Positions 16,152 to 24,294 of a stretch of 42,331 nucleotides of DNA are shown in pieces. Position 1 is the stretch's first letter. Each line of letters starts with the position of its first letter. The position numbers were made by a program, and so were the translations under genes. The notes beneath the pieces were generated by a model that was not told the origin of the DNA, did not search any database, and worked only from the letters and a program-made list of their open reading frames with translations. The DNA is taken from IMG/VR virus record IMGVR_UViG_3300042566_000161, positions 1-42,331 of that record. One strand, given 5' to 3'. The DNA is from a virus (taxonomy: Duplodnaviria; Caudoviricetes).

Positions 16152-16348
16152 CCGCGCTCGACTCCGGACGCGCCGACCTCGCAGGCACGCGCCTCGTCGA
16201 GATTCCCGAGACCGAATACGCCGCGCTCCAGCGGGACAGCGCCATCCTCGCCGCGCTCCACGCAGGCGGCGTGGACAACTGGGAGTGGTACGGCGACTCC
16301 CTTCGCGACGCCGGGTTGTGCGAAGAAGACGAAGAGGAGGACGAATGA
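16148..16348 (+). CDS. Small acidic phage protein (66 aa, GVDNWEWY motif)
   Basis: ATGA overlap; GVDNW motif common in phage proteins; acidic tail. Confidence 0.85.
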   Translation: MTALDSGRADLAGTRLVEIPETEYAALQRDSAILAALHAGGVDNWEWYGDSLRDAGLCEEDEEEDE

Positions 16349-16521
16349 CGGGCACGTTCGAGATCGTCCTCCGCTGGAAGAGTGAGGACGGTCAGCACGT
16401 GCAGCAGGTCTCCCGCAAGATCATGCAGGCCACCGTCGAACTCGCACAGACGGATGTCCTCCACACCAATTTCATCCAGATGCGCAGCGAACTCGCCGCA
16501 GCACGAAGAGAAGGAGACTGA
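16345..16521 (+). CDS. Hypothetical protein (58 aa)
   Basis: RBS GAGGAGG; overlaps neighbours at both ends. Confidence 0.75.
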   Translation: MTGTFEIVLRWKSEDGQHVQQVSRKIMQATVELAQTDVLHTNFIQMRSELAAARREGD

Positions 16522-18944
16522 TGCTACAGACGCAAGTGGAGCTAGAACTCGACGCATACACGTTCGGCAAGGACCGGATGCGTAAGTCCATCGAGACCAA
16601 CGAACAGAAGGACCGGGCGCACAGCAACCCGTATGCCCAAGCGATCTACCGGAGGTTCGTGCTTCCACTTGCGTCTCGCATCAGCGAGGACTTGCGGACA
16701 GCATCCGCTGTACCGGGTAGGCGCAAGGCACACGTCGCGCTGCTGTCTCCGATGGATTTGGAGGCAGTGGCTTTTGTGTCGGTTCGTGCGGCGCTCACTT
16801 CGCTGCTGTCGGCGAACTCCTCCACGAACGGGAGGGAGATCGTCAAGGCCGTGGGCCGCGACGTGTATCACGAGTACCTACTGTCGCAGTTCGCTGACGC
16901 GGAGCCCACGCTGTTCTACCACCTGATGAACGACCTCGACCGCAGACTGTCCAGCAACGAACGCCACCGCATGACGGTGCTCAAGATGCAGGCACGCAAG
17001 AACGGTCTGGAGTTCAACGAGTGGGGCAGCGGGGACCGCGATCAAGTCGGGGCCTACTTGGTTGACGTGCTGGAGCAACTCGGCATGGTGACGGTGAGCC
17101 TCGCACAACTGGCGGGCGAGAAGTTCAAAGAGCACGTTGTTGCCCTGTCTCCGGAGTGCTCGGCACTTGTTAAGGAGATCACGGAGTTCGTGGTCGAGAG
17201 CGCGCCGTTCTTCCAGCCGTGCGTAGAGCCTCCGAAGGATTGGGTAAGCATCACGGACGGTGGGTTCCACACGGCCGAGATGCGTAGGCTCAGCCCGTTC
17301 ATGGTGAAGACCCACCCGTATGCACGGGACACGTTCGCCCTTGCCAACATGCAGCGAGAGATCGACTGCGTGAACGCACTCCAGCAGGTCAAGTGGCGAG
17401 TCAACCGCACGATGCTGGACCACATCAGCAACATCGCTCGGCACTTCGACGTAGAGGAGATCATCGCTCAGGCGGAGACACCGAAGCCGCGCAAGCCGGA
17501 GTGGCTCACGCCCGGGATGAAGAAGGAAGACATGAACTCCTCGCAGGAGCGTGAGTTCAAGAAGTGGAAACGCGAGGTTGCGGAGTGGCACACCGACGAG
17601 AAGGTGCGCTCGACCAAGAGCAACCGGTTCTACAACGCGATGAGGACGGCGCGCAAGTTTGCGGACTACCCCTCGATCTACTTCGTGTACTTCCTCGACT
17701 TCCGCAGCCGCAAGTACGCACAGACCACTGGCATTAACCCGCAGGGGTCTGACTTGCAGAAGGCGCTGATCGAGTTCTCGGAAGGCAAGCCTCTGCTCAC
17801 ACAGGACGCGAAGGACTGGTTCTGCATCACCGGCGCGAACCGTTGGGGCTTCGACAAGGCAACTCTTCCTCAGCGCGTGCAGTGGGTGCGCGACCATCAC
17901 GAGCAGATCATGGCGTTCGCCACGGACCCCGTGGACAACCCTGACTGGCAGCAGGCAGACAAGCCTCTCCAGTTCTTGGCGTGGTGCTGCGAGTACATGC
18001 GGTGGCAATCCTTCGGCGACAGGTTCCTGTCCCGAGTTGCCGTCGGCATGGACGGATCGTGCAACGGGCTGCAAAATTTCTCGGCGATGCTGCGGGATTC
18101 GCACGGCGGGCGCGCTACGAATCTCGTGCCTGCTGAGCTGCCGAACGACATCTACCAGATGGTGGCGGACCTCACAACTCGGATTCTCGAAGAGGAGGAG
18201 GACGATCCCGCAGGGTTCCGCAAGCTGTGGCTCGACCATGGCCTGACTCGCAACCTTGTGAAGCGAAGCGTGATGACGCTGCCATACGGAAGCCGTCGTA
18301 TGTCCTGCCGAGACTTCATCATCAAGGACTACCTGATCGAAGGAAAGTTCCCCGGACTCGACAAGAAGAAATACCGGGCGGCTGCGGAGTACCTCAGCTA
18401 CCGAGTGTGGGCGGCCATTGCTCAAGTCGTGGTCAAGGCGCGCGAGGCGATGGACTGGCTCCAGAAGGGCAGCGCGGTAATCATGCGCGAGGGGCACGAG
18501 ACGATCCGCTGGGTGACTCCGACCGGCTTCCCGGTGACGCAAGTCTACTGGGAGCAGACGATCCACCGCATCAACTCCAAGCTGTGCGGTAACGCGAAGT
18601 TCCGGCTGCACAAGGACGGCGAGACGCCCGACCGCAGCAAGCACCGCAACGGCATCGCCCCCAATCTCATCCACTCGCTAGACGCGGCCCACCTCACGCT
18701 CGTCGTGAACGCCGCCAAGGCCCGGGGCATCCACGCCCTCGCCATGATCCACGACGACTACGGAACGCACGCAGCGGACGCTCAGGCGCTGTACGCCATC
18801 ATCCGGGAGGAGTTCGTCGGCATGTACGAGCGGCACGACGTACTGGACGAGTGGCACACCGCCTACCCCAGCCTCCCGCCCCCGCCGGCAATGGGCGACC
18901 TCGACCTCCGGGCGGTTCTCGATAGCCCGTTCTTCTTCTCCTGA
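16521..18944 (+). CDS. Single-subunit (T7-like) DNA-directed RNA polymerase
   Basis: DFRSRKY, DGSCNGLQ, R..VKRSVMTLPYG, PNLIHSLDAAH, IHDD; placed at the end of the replication module as in phiKMV. Confidence 0.98.
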   Translation: MLQTQVELELDAYTFGKDRMRKSIETNEQKDRAHSNPYAQAIYRRFVLPLASRISEDLRTASAVPGRRKAHVALLSPMDLEAVAFVSVRAALTSLLSANSSTNGREIVKAVGRDVYHEYLLSQFADAEPTLFYHLMNDLDRRLSSNERHRMTVLKMQARKNGLEFNEWGSGDRDQVGAYLVDVLEQLGMVTVSLAQLAGEKFKEHVVALSPECSALVKEITEFVVESAPFFQPCVEPPKDWVSITDGGFHTAEMRRLSPFMVKTHPYARDTFALANMQREIDCVNALQQVKWRVNRTMLDHISNIARHFDVEEIIAQAETPKPRKPEWLTPGMKKEDMNSSQEREFKKWKREVAEWHTDEKVRSTKSNRFYNAMRTARKFADYPSIYFVYFLDFRSRKYAQTTGINPQGSDLQKALIEFSEGKPLLTQDAKDWFCITGANRWGFDKATLPQRVQWVRDHHEQIMAFATDPVDNPDWQQADKPLQFLAWCCEYMRWQSFGDRFLSRVAVGMDGSCNGLQNFSAMLRDSHGGRATNLVPAELPNDIYQMVADLTTRILEEEEDDPAGFRKLWLDHGLTRNLVKRSVMTLPYGSRRMSCRDFIIKDYLIEGKFPGLDKKKYRAAAEYLSYRVWAAIAQVVVKAREAMDWLQKGSAVIMREGHETIRWVTPTGFPVTQVYWEQTIHRINSKLCGNAKFRLHKDGETPDRSKHRNGIAPNLIHSLDAAHLTLVVNAAKARGIHALAMIHDDYGTHAADAQALYAIIREEFVGMYERHDVLDEWHTAYPSLPPPPAMGDLDLRAVLDSPFFFS

Positions 18945-18968
18945 TTGAATTGGTACCATATCAGATAC
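18943..18968 (+). promoter_or_regulatory. Putative phage RNAP late promoter
   Basis: GATTGAATTGGTACCATATCAGATAC, repeat of 193-218, at the head of the structural module. Confidence 0.8.
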
Positions 18969-19038
18969 CCACCGCCCGGCCGTCGCCTCTCCGTCGGCGC
19001 GTCGGGCTGGGTATCCCACCACAAGGAACACCAACTCC

Positions 19039-19230
19039 ATGTCCAATGTGACCGAACTGCATCGGCTGCGGCCGAGCGACCTTGCTCGCATCGCACAACT
19101 CGCCGGAGGCGACGCCATCAATACGGTGTCCGCAACCACGACCGAGCTGCAAGCGGGCTACCAACTGGGAATCAACCGTGTCCTCGACATCCTTCGCAAA
19201 GGTTTCACCATCGAGGCTCCGACTCCCTGA
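19039..19230 (+). CDS. First late-module small protein (63 aa)
   Basis: RBS AAGGA; AGYQLGI..VL..LR.GF motif; ends CCC-TGA. Confidence 0.85.
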   Translation: MSNVTELHRLRPSDLARIAQLAGGDAINTVSATTTELQAGYQLGINRVLDILRKGFTIEAPTP

Positions 19231-19654
19231 GCCGACGGATTCACGGCGGATATACTCTGCAATCGAGCAAAATCGTCTATCTTCTGGACGAAGTATATCT
19301 GTCCGTGAGGCACTGGTAAGCAAGTTGTGTTGTACTAAGACTGCGGTTAAGAACATCATCGCAGGAGAAATCGAATCATTGATTGTAGACGAGGCTTACC
19401 TCGTATGCTACAGTCTTGGTATGCCGTGGTTTACAACAGAGTTAATCCTCAAAGAAGAAATGGTCCTACGCATCGGCGGAGGGTCAGACTTCTCTGCGGT
19501 CACTGACCTGCTGGACGATCTCGCTGCCATAAGCGGTGCCAACACGATCATCGTTGGAGGCGCCTTCGCCCGTGCCCCAGCGGCACTCATCCGGCTGTAC
19601 TCACGAGCGGGCTACGCTTTGGAGGATAAGCCGGTCCTAGTAAAGAGGAGGTAA
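19226..19654 (+). CDS. GNAT-like protein (start unresolved: +1 frameshift from upstream ORF, or TTG19325)
   Basis: PWF...L.EE.VLR...L.RLY.RAGY pattern; syntenic position ahead of the portal. Confidence 0.7.
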   Translation, partial: PEPTDSRRIYSAIEQNRLSSGRSISVREALVSKLCCTKTAVKNIIAGEIESLIVDEAYLVCYSLGMPWFTTELILKEEMVLRIGGGSDFSAVTDLLDDLAAISGANTIIVGGAFARAPAALIRLYSRAGYALEDKPVLVKRR

Positions 19655-19655
19655 A

Positions 19656-20018
19656 ATGGGCAGTTTCTTCGGCGGAGGCTCCGCCAAGAAGGCAGCCAAG
19701 GCCCAAGCGAGAGCGATCCGGGAGCAGACTCGTCTCAACGTGCAGCAGGCCAACCTGCAAGCCGAATCCGCTGCGCAGCAGATGGCTCAGGCTCAGGCGA
19801 ATCGTGCTGCTTCCGACTACGCCGAGCGTTTGCTCGCAAAGCCCGCCGAGCAGGCGAGCGTTTCCCTTGCGCCCAACGAACAGGTCGCTCAGGACGGCGA
19901 TCTCCTGACCCGGCTCCGCACAACTCGCGATGCCTACCGACAGCGCCGCAGTTCCGGTCTCGTCTCCGCAGCGGCCAACGCAGCGCGACGCAGCTCCGGC
20001 CTGAACATCATCCCGTAA
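19656..20018 (+). CDS. Putative small virion protein (120 aa)
   Basis: RBS GAGGAGG; MGSFFGGG start, Ala/Gln-rich; directly before the portal. Confidence 0.85.
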   Translation: MGSFFGGGSAKKAAKAQARAIREQTRLNVQQANLQAESAAQQMAQAQANRAASDYAERLLAKPAEQASVSLAPNEQVAQDGDLLTRLRTTRDAYRQRRSSGLVSAAANAARRSSGLNIIP

Positions 20019-20027
20019 GGAGGTCAC

Positions 20028-21566
20028 ATGCAGATGGACCCTCCGTACACGCGGCCGACGACTGCCGAGCAGAAGTTTGCAAGCATGGACTCCCTGCGCA
20101 ACGGTCTGCTCCGACGCTGCGAACAGTACGCCAAGTGGACGATCCCCAAGGTCTTCCCCGACAAGACGTACAGCCAAGACACATGGGCACTGGCGCAGGA
20201 CTTCCAGAGCCTCGGTGCGCAAGCGGTCAATCACCTGTGCAATCGCCTGATGCTCGCGCTGTTCGCCCCGTCCCGACCGTTTTTTCGGCTCACGGCGAAC
20301 GCCAAGCTCAAGAACAAGATGGCGAACGCGGGTACGACGCCCGAGAGCCAAGCCAAGATGGACAACCAGTTCTCCGCTGCCGAAAAGGAAGCAGCCGAGG
20401 TCATGGATCGGAAGAGTGTGCGGTCCCTCATGTACCACATGCTCAAGCTCCTCATCATCACGGGCAATGCCCTGATGATTCTGGAGAAGGACACGATCCG
20501 GATTCTGTCCATGCGGAACTACGCCGTAAAGCGCAACGTGCGCGGCGAAGTAACCGAGCTGGTCGTCAAGGAGTGCGTCCACAAAGACACCCTCAACCCG
20601 ACTGCCCGCGCGCTCGCAGAGCGAAGCCCGAACTGGAAGCCCGACTCCGAGGGCATGGTCTGGTACTACCACTGGATCAAGCTCGACGGAGACAAGTACC
20701 TGATCGAGCAGTGGATCGGCGATACCAAGCTCCCGGCGCAGTTCACTTCCCGGTACAGCAAGGACCGCCTACCGTTCCGCGCAGTGACGTGGGACTTGGC
20801 GTCTGGTATGGACTACGGCACGGGTCTGGTGGAAGACTTCGCCAACGACTTCGCGGCCCTGTCTGCCATGGCGCGCGCTACCGTGCAGGCTGCGATCCTC
20901 GCATCCGAGTTCCGGTGGCTCGTGAATCCCATGGGCCTGACCTCTCCCGAGGACTTCGAGAAGACGCCCAACGGCTCCAGCATTCCCGGCAACAAGGGAG
21001 ACGTGGATCTGATTACCGCAGGCGTCCAAGGAAACCTGCAAGTCAACCTCGAAGTCATGTCGATGTACGTCAACCGGATCGGCAGTGGCTTCCTGCTCAC
21101 CCAGTCCGTTGTCCGTGATTCCGAACGCACGACGATGTACGAGGTCCGCAAGCTCGCGGAGGAACTCGAAGGCGGTCTCGGCGGCGCTTACTCGCGCATT
21201 GCCGTGGACATCCAGATTCCTGTGGCCTACTGGTCCATGGATCAGATCGACAAGAACATCCTCGGCACCGACGTGGAACCCATCATCATCACCGGCCTCG
21301 CCGCGCTCTCGCGCACCGGGGACCGTGACCGCATGATGGTCGTCGCGCAGCACATCGCCCAGCTTTCCACGATGCCCGACCCGATCCTCCGCCGGATGAA
21401 GCTCTCCGTGTGGCTGGACGACATAGCGTCGTCGGAAGGTCTGGACCGTGGGCGGTACTTCATCAGCGAGGAAGAGTTCGCACAAGAGCAGCAGATCGCC
21501 AGACAGCAAGCAATCAACGATCAGGTCCAGCAGGGCTTGGTCCAACAGGAGCTACAACCGAAATGA
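20028..21566 (+). CDS. Portal (head-tail connector) protein
   Basis: 512 aa; QSLGAQAVNHL...LFAPSRPFF, YGTGLVE, ERTT.YEVR..AEELE..LGG.YS. Confidence 0.95.
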   Translation: MQMDPPYTRPTTAEQKFASMDSLRNGLLRRCEQYAKWTIPKVFPDKTYSQDTWALAQDFQSLGAQAVNHLCNRLMLALFAPSRPFFRLTANAKLKNKMANAGTTPESQAKMDNQFSAAEKEAAEVMDRKSVRSLMYHMLKLLIITGNALMILEKDTIRILSMRNYAVKRNVRGEVTELVVKECVHKDTLNPTARALAERSPNWKPDSEGMVWYYHWIKLDGDKYLIEQWIGDTKLPAQFTSRYSKDRLPFRAVTWDLASGMDYGTGLVEDFANDFAALSAMARATVQAAILASEFRWLVNPMGLTSPEDFEKTPNGSSIPGNKGDVDLITAGVQGNLQVNLEVMSMYVNRIGSGFLLTQSVVRDSERTTMYEVRKLAEELEGGLGGAYSRIAVDIQIPVAYWSMDQIDKNILGTDVEPIIITGLAALSRTGDRDRMMVVAQHIAQLSTMPDPILRRMKLSVWLDDIASSEGLDRGRYFISEEEFAQEQQIARQQAINDQVQQGLVQQELQPK

Positions 21567-22327
21567 CCGATACCGCAAACCAGCCCGATCCGAATACCAA
21601 TCCGCAGGGTCAGCCTCCGGCGCAACAGCAGCCCCCGGTGCAGCAGCCCGCGCCGCCGCAGCCGGACCTGCTCCAGCAGGCCCCGCCCACCGCCAACGAA
21701 CCCAACGTGGTCGAGTACGAACCCACGGGCGACGTGTCGCTGGACATCGCGCTGGGCTTCTTCGGCAGGCAGGGCCTGGGTCTCGACAGTCCGGAACTGG
21801 CCGAGGCTGCCAAGGGCAACTTCGCCTATCTCGAAGCCAAGTTCGCGGGGATGGGAGACAAGGCCCCGGCAGGCTGGAAGGAGCACGTCAACCTCGCGCG
21901 CGAAGCGCATGGTCGGATGGAGACCGCCCGCAAGACCGAGTTCGAGGCGCTGGAGAAATCCATCCACGAAGTCGTCGGCGGCCCGGAAAACTGGAAGACC
22001 GTCACCGCCTTCGCGCACGCGCAGTACGGCTCCGACGAAGTCAAGTTCAACCAAGTCAAGGACGCCATCAACGGCGGCGGCCTCGGCGCTGTGGCGATGG
22101 CCGCGTACCTGCACGCTCAGGCACTCGGCTCCAAGTCCGCAGGCAACATCGACGGTCAGCAGGCGGTGTCCACCGCAGGCATCATGGCCTCGAACGGCGG
22201 TCTCGGTGCGATCACCGACCCGGCCGTGTTCAAGGCCGAGCAGCGTGCCCTGATGGACAAGCACGGCTTCCACAACTACGACAAGACCCCGGAGTGGCAG
22301 GCACTGCTCCGTCGTCGCGCGTACTGA
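21563..22327 (+). CDS. Capsid assembly scaffolding protein (254 aa)
   Basis: Between portal and capsid; Pro/Gln-rich N-terminus; VGG.ENW motif; C-terminal RRR. Confidence 0.9.
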   Translation: MTDTANQPDPNTNPQGQPPAQQQPPVQQPAPPQPDLLQQAPPTANEPNVVEYEPTGDVSLDIALGFFGRQGLGLDSPELAEAAKGNFAYLEAKFAGMGDKAPAGWKEHVNLAREAHGRMETARKTEFEALEKSIHEVVGGPENWKTVTAFAHAQYGSDEVKFNQVKDAINGGGLGAVAMAAYLHAQALGSKSAGNIDGQQAVSTAGIMASNGGLGAITDPAVFKAEQRALMDKHGFHNYDKTPEWQALLRRRAY

Positions 22328-22356
22328 TCCACACCCACTAAGGAGAACGCAGCAAC

Positions 22357-23355
22357 ATGAGCACCATCTTCCCGGCAACCCCGGTCAACCAGAAACAGAT
22401 CAACCAGTCCGGTCCGCTGAACGCGCTCCAGATCGAGCAGTTCACCGGCGAGGTCGAGCACACCTTCGAGGTCCGCTCGGCGCTCGACAAGTTCTTCCCG
22501 ACCAAGCCGGTCAAGGGCACGAACACGCTGACCAAGAAGGCCATCGGCAAGACCAAGCTCCAGAAGCTGGAGCGCGGCAACGCGCCGGACGGCACGCACG
22601 TCGATTTCTCGAAGGCGTCCGTGACCGTGGACACCACGATCCTGTCGCGCCACGTCATCGACGACATCGAGACGATCCAGACCGACATGGACGTGCGCAA
22701 GGAAATCGCCATCGAGCAGGGCATCGAACTGGCGAAGTTCAAGGATCGCGCCATCAGCATCATCGCGGCCAAGGCTGCGGCGTACACCAACTCGGCGTAC
22801 TTCGCCAACGGCAAGAACCCCGAAGGCCACTTCGGGGCGACGCAGGTCACGTTCGCCGCTGCGGGCGACGATGCCGACCCGGCCAAGCTGTACGCCAAGA
22901 TCGGCGAGCTGCTCGCCAAAATGGAAGAGAAGGACGTGGACGTGCGCAACAGCGGCCTGATCCTGATCGTCCGTCCCAAGGTCTTCTACACGCTCCAGCA
23001 GGCCGAGCAGATCGTCAACGGCGACTACATCACCAGCGAAGGCAACAAGCTGTCGGGCATCCCGGTCTTCAAGGCGTGGGGCATCCCGGTGGTCTCGACG
23101 ACCAACCTGCCGAACACCGTCGTCACCGGCCACTTCATGTCCAACGCGGACAACGGCAACGCCTACGACGGCGACTTCACCAAGCTGGTCGTGCTCGCGG
23201 TGGCCCCGAAGGCCCTGATGATCGGCGAGACCAAGCCGCTCACCACCGACATCTGGTGGGACAAGGGCGCGAAGTGCTGGTTCACCGATGCGTGGTTCGC
23301 CTTCGGCGTCGCTGCGGATCGCGTCGAGTACGCGGGTCGCATCAACCTGCCGTAA
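22357..23355 (+). CDS. Major capsid protein
   Basis: RBS AAGGAG; LQIEQFTGEV, VTVDT, D..AI; strongest codon bias; T7 gp10-like position. Confidence 0.95.
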   Translation: MSTIFPATPVNQKQINQSGPLNALQIEQFTGEVEHTFEVRSALDKFFPTKPVKGTNTLTKKAIGKTKLQKLERGNAPDGTHVDFSKASVTVDTTILSRHVIDDIETIQTDMDVRKEIAIEQGIELAKFKDRAISIIAAKAAAYTNSAYFANGKNPEGHFGATQVTFAAAGDDADPAKLYAKIGELLAKMEEKDVDVRNSGLILIVRPKVFYTLQQAEQIVNGDYITSEGNKLSGIPVFKAWGIPVVSTTNLPNTVVTGHFMSNADNGNAYDGDFTKLVVLAVAPKALMIGETKPLTTDIWWDKGAKCWFTDAWFAFGVAADRVEYAGRINLP

Positions 23356-23406
23356 TCCACCCGGGCGCATTCACTCTGAGTGCGCCCATCTTCATAAGGA
23401 ATCAAG

Positions 23407-23616
23407 ATGGCAACCTACACCATGCCCTTCCGACTGGGCAAGCGCGTCACCATCGGCGCGAACACCGTCGGCGCTCCGGCCAATACCGTCGGCGTCGTCG
23501 TCGATCTCCAGAACATCGGCGCCTCCGGCGCGTGGGTCGCCCGCGTGCGCGTGCCGGACGACGTGTGGGGCAACGCGGACTTCATGGTCCCCACCGCGAA
23601 CCTCACCGCCGCGTAA
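23407..23616 (+). CDS. Small beta-rich protein (69 aa), possible capsid decoration
   Basis: RBS AAGGA; highly biased codons; between the capsid gene and its terminator. Confidence 0.8.
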   Translation: MATYTMPFRLGKRVTIGANTVGAPANTVGVVVDLQNIGASGAWVARVRVPDDVWGNADFMVPTANLTAA

Positions 23617-23623
23617 TCCTCCC

Positions 23624-23654
23624 GACCGGGGCGCACACCGCGCCCCGGTCTTTT
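23624..23654 (+). terminator. T-phi-like terminator
   Basis: GACCGGGGCGC-acacc-GCGCCCCGGTC followed by TTTT. Confidence 0.85.
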
Positions 23655-23670
23655 CCGCAGGAGTTCCAAC

Positions 23671-24285
23671 ATGATCCCGAATCTCGATACCGATGAGCTG
23701 TCGGTGGTAAACGCATGCCTCGCGACGATGGGCGAGAGCGGGCTGCTGTCACTCGAAGAAGACCATGCGATGAAGGAAGACGCACGCGCGCTCCTCCGCA
23801 GGGTCAGTGCCGACCTGCAAAAAGACCCGTTCTGGTTCAACAGCGAGACGCTCACTCTCCAGCCTGACGCCACGAGCAAGTTCGTCTACATCCCGCAGGA
23901 CGTAATCCGCGTCCTGAGCTACCGCACGCGCGACCAGATCGTGCAGCGCGGTCGTAGGCTCTACGACAAGAAGTGCAACAGCTACGAGTTCACGGGCTGC
24001 GTGGTGGTGGACGTTGTGCGACTCCTCCAGTTCGAGGACTTGCCTTACCATGCCGCCGCCGCAATCCGTGACGAAACGGTCATGCGCTTCCAGCATTCCT
24101 TCGATGGCGACCAAGCGCGCTATCGACAGCTCGGCGAGATCGCGTCTCTTTCCCGGGCGCAGCTCAAGGCCGAGGACATCCGCCAACGTCGTCCCGCTCC
24201 GCTCAACCGTGCGCTTCTGTCGCTGGTGGTGGACGGCGAGAACTACGGCCCCGGCTTCATGGAGCCGATCCGTCGCATCAACTGA
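23671..24285 (+). CDS. Tail tubular protein A (T7 gp11-like adaptor)
   Basis: ELSVVNACLATMGE, WFN.E, RGRRLYD, FEDLP. Confidence 0.92.
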   Translation: MIPNLDTDELSVVNACLATMGESGLLSLEEDHAMKEDARALLRRVSADLQKDPFWFNSETLTLQPDATSKFVYIPQDVIRVLSYRTRDQIVQRGRRLYDKKCNSYEFTGCVVVDVVRLLQFEDLPYHAAAAIRDETVMRFQHSFDGDQARYRQLGEIASLSRAQLKAEDIRQRRPAPLNRALLSLVVDGENYGPGFMEPIRRIN

Positions 24286-24294
24286 GGAATCCAC

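Noticed and set aside
23340-23616. Capsid stop read-through into the in-frame 69-aa ORF
   Set aside because: A second in-frame TGA intervenes and the small ORF has its own RBS
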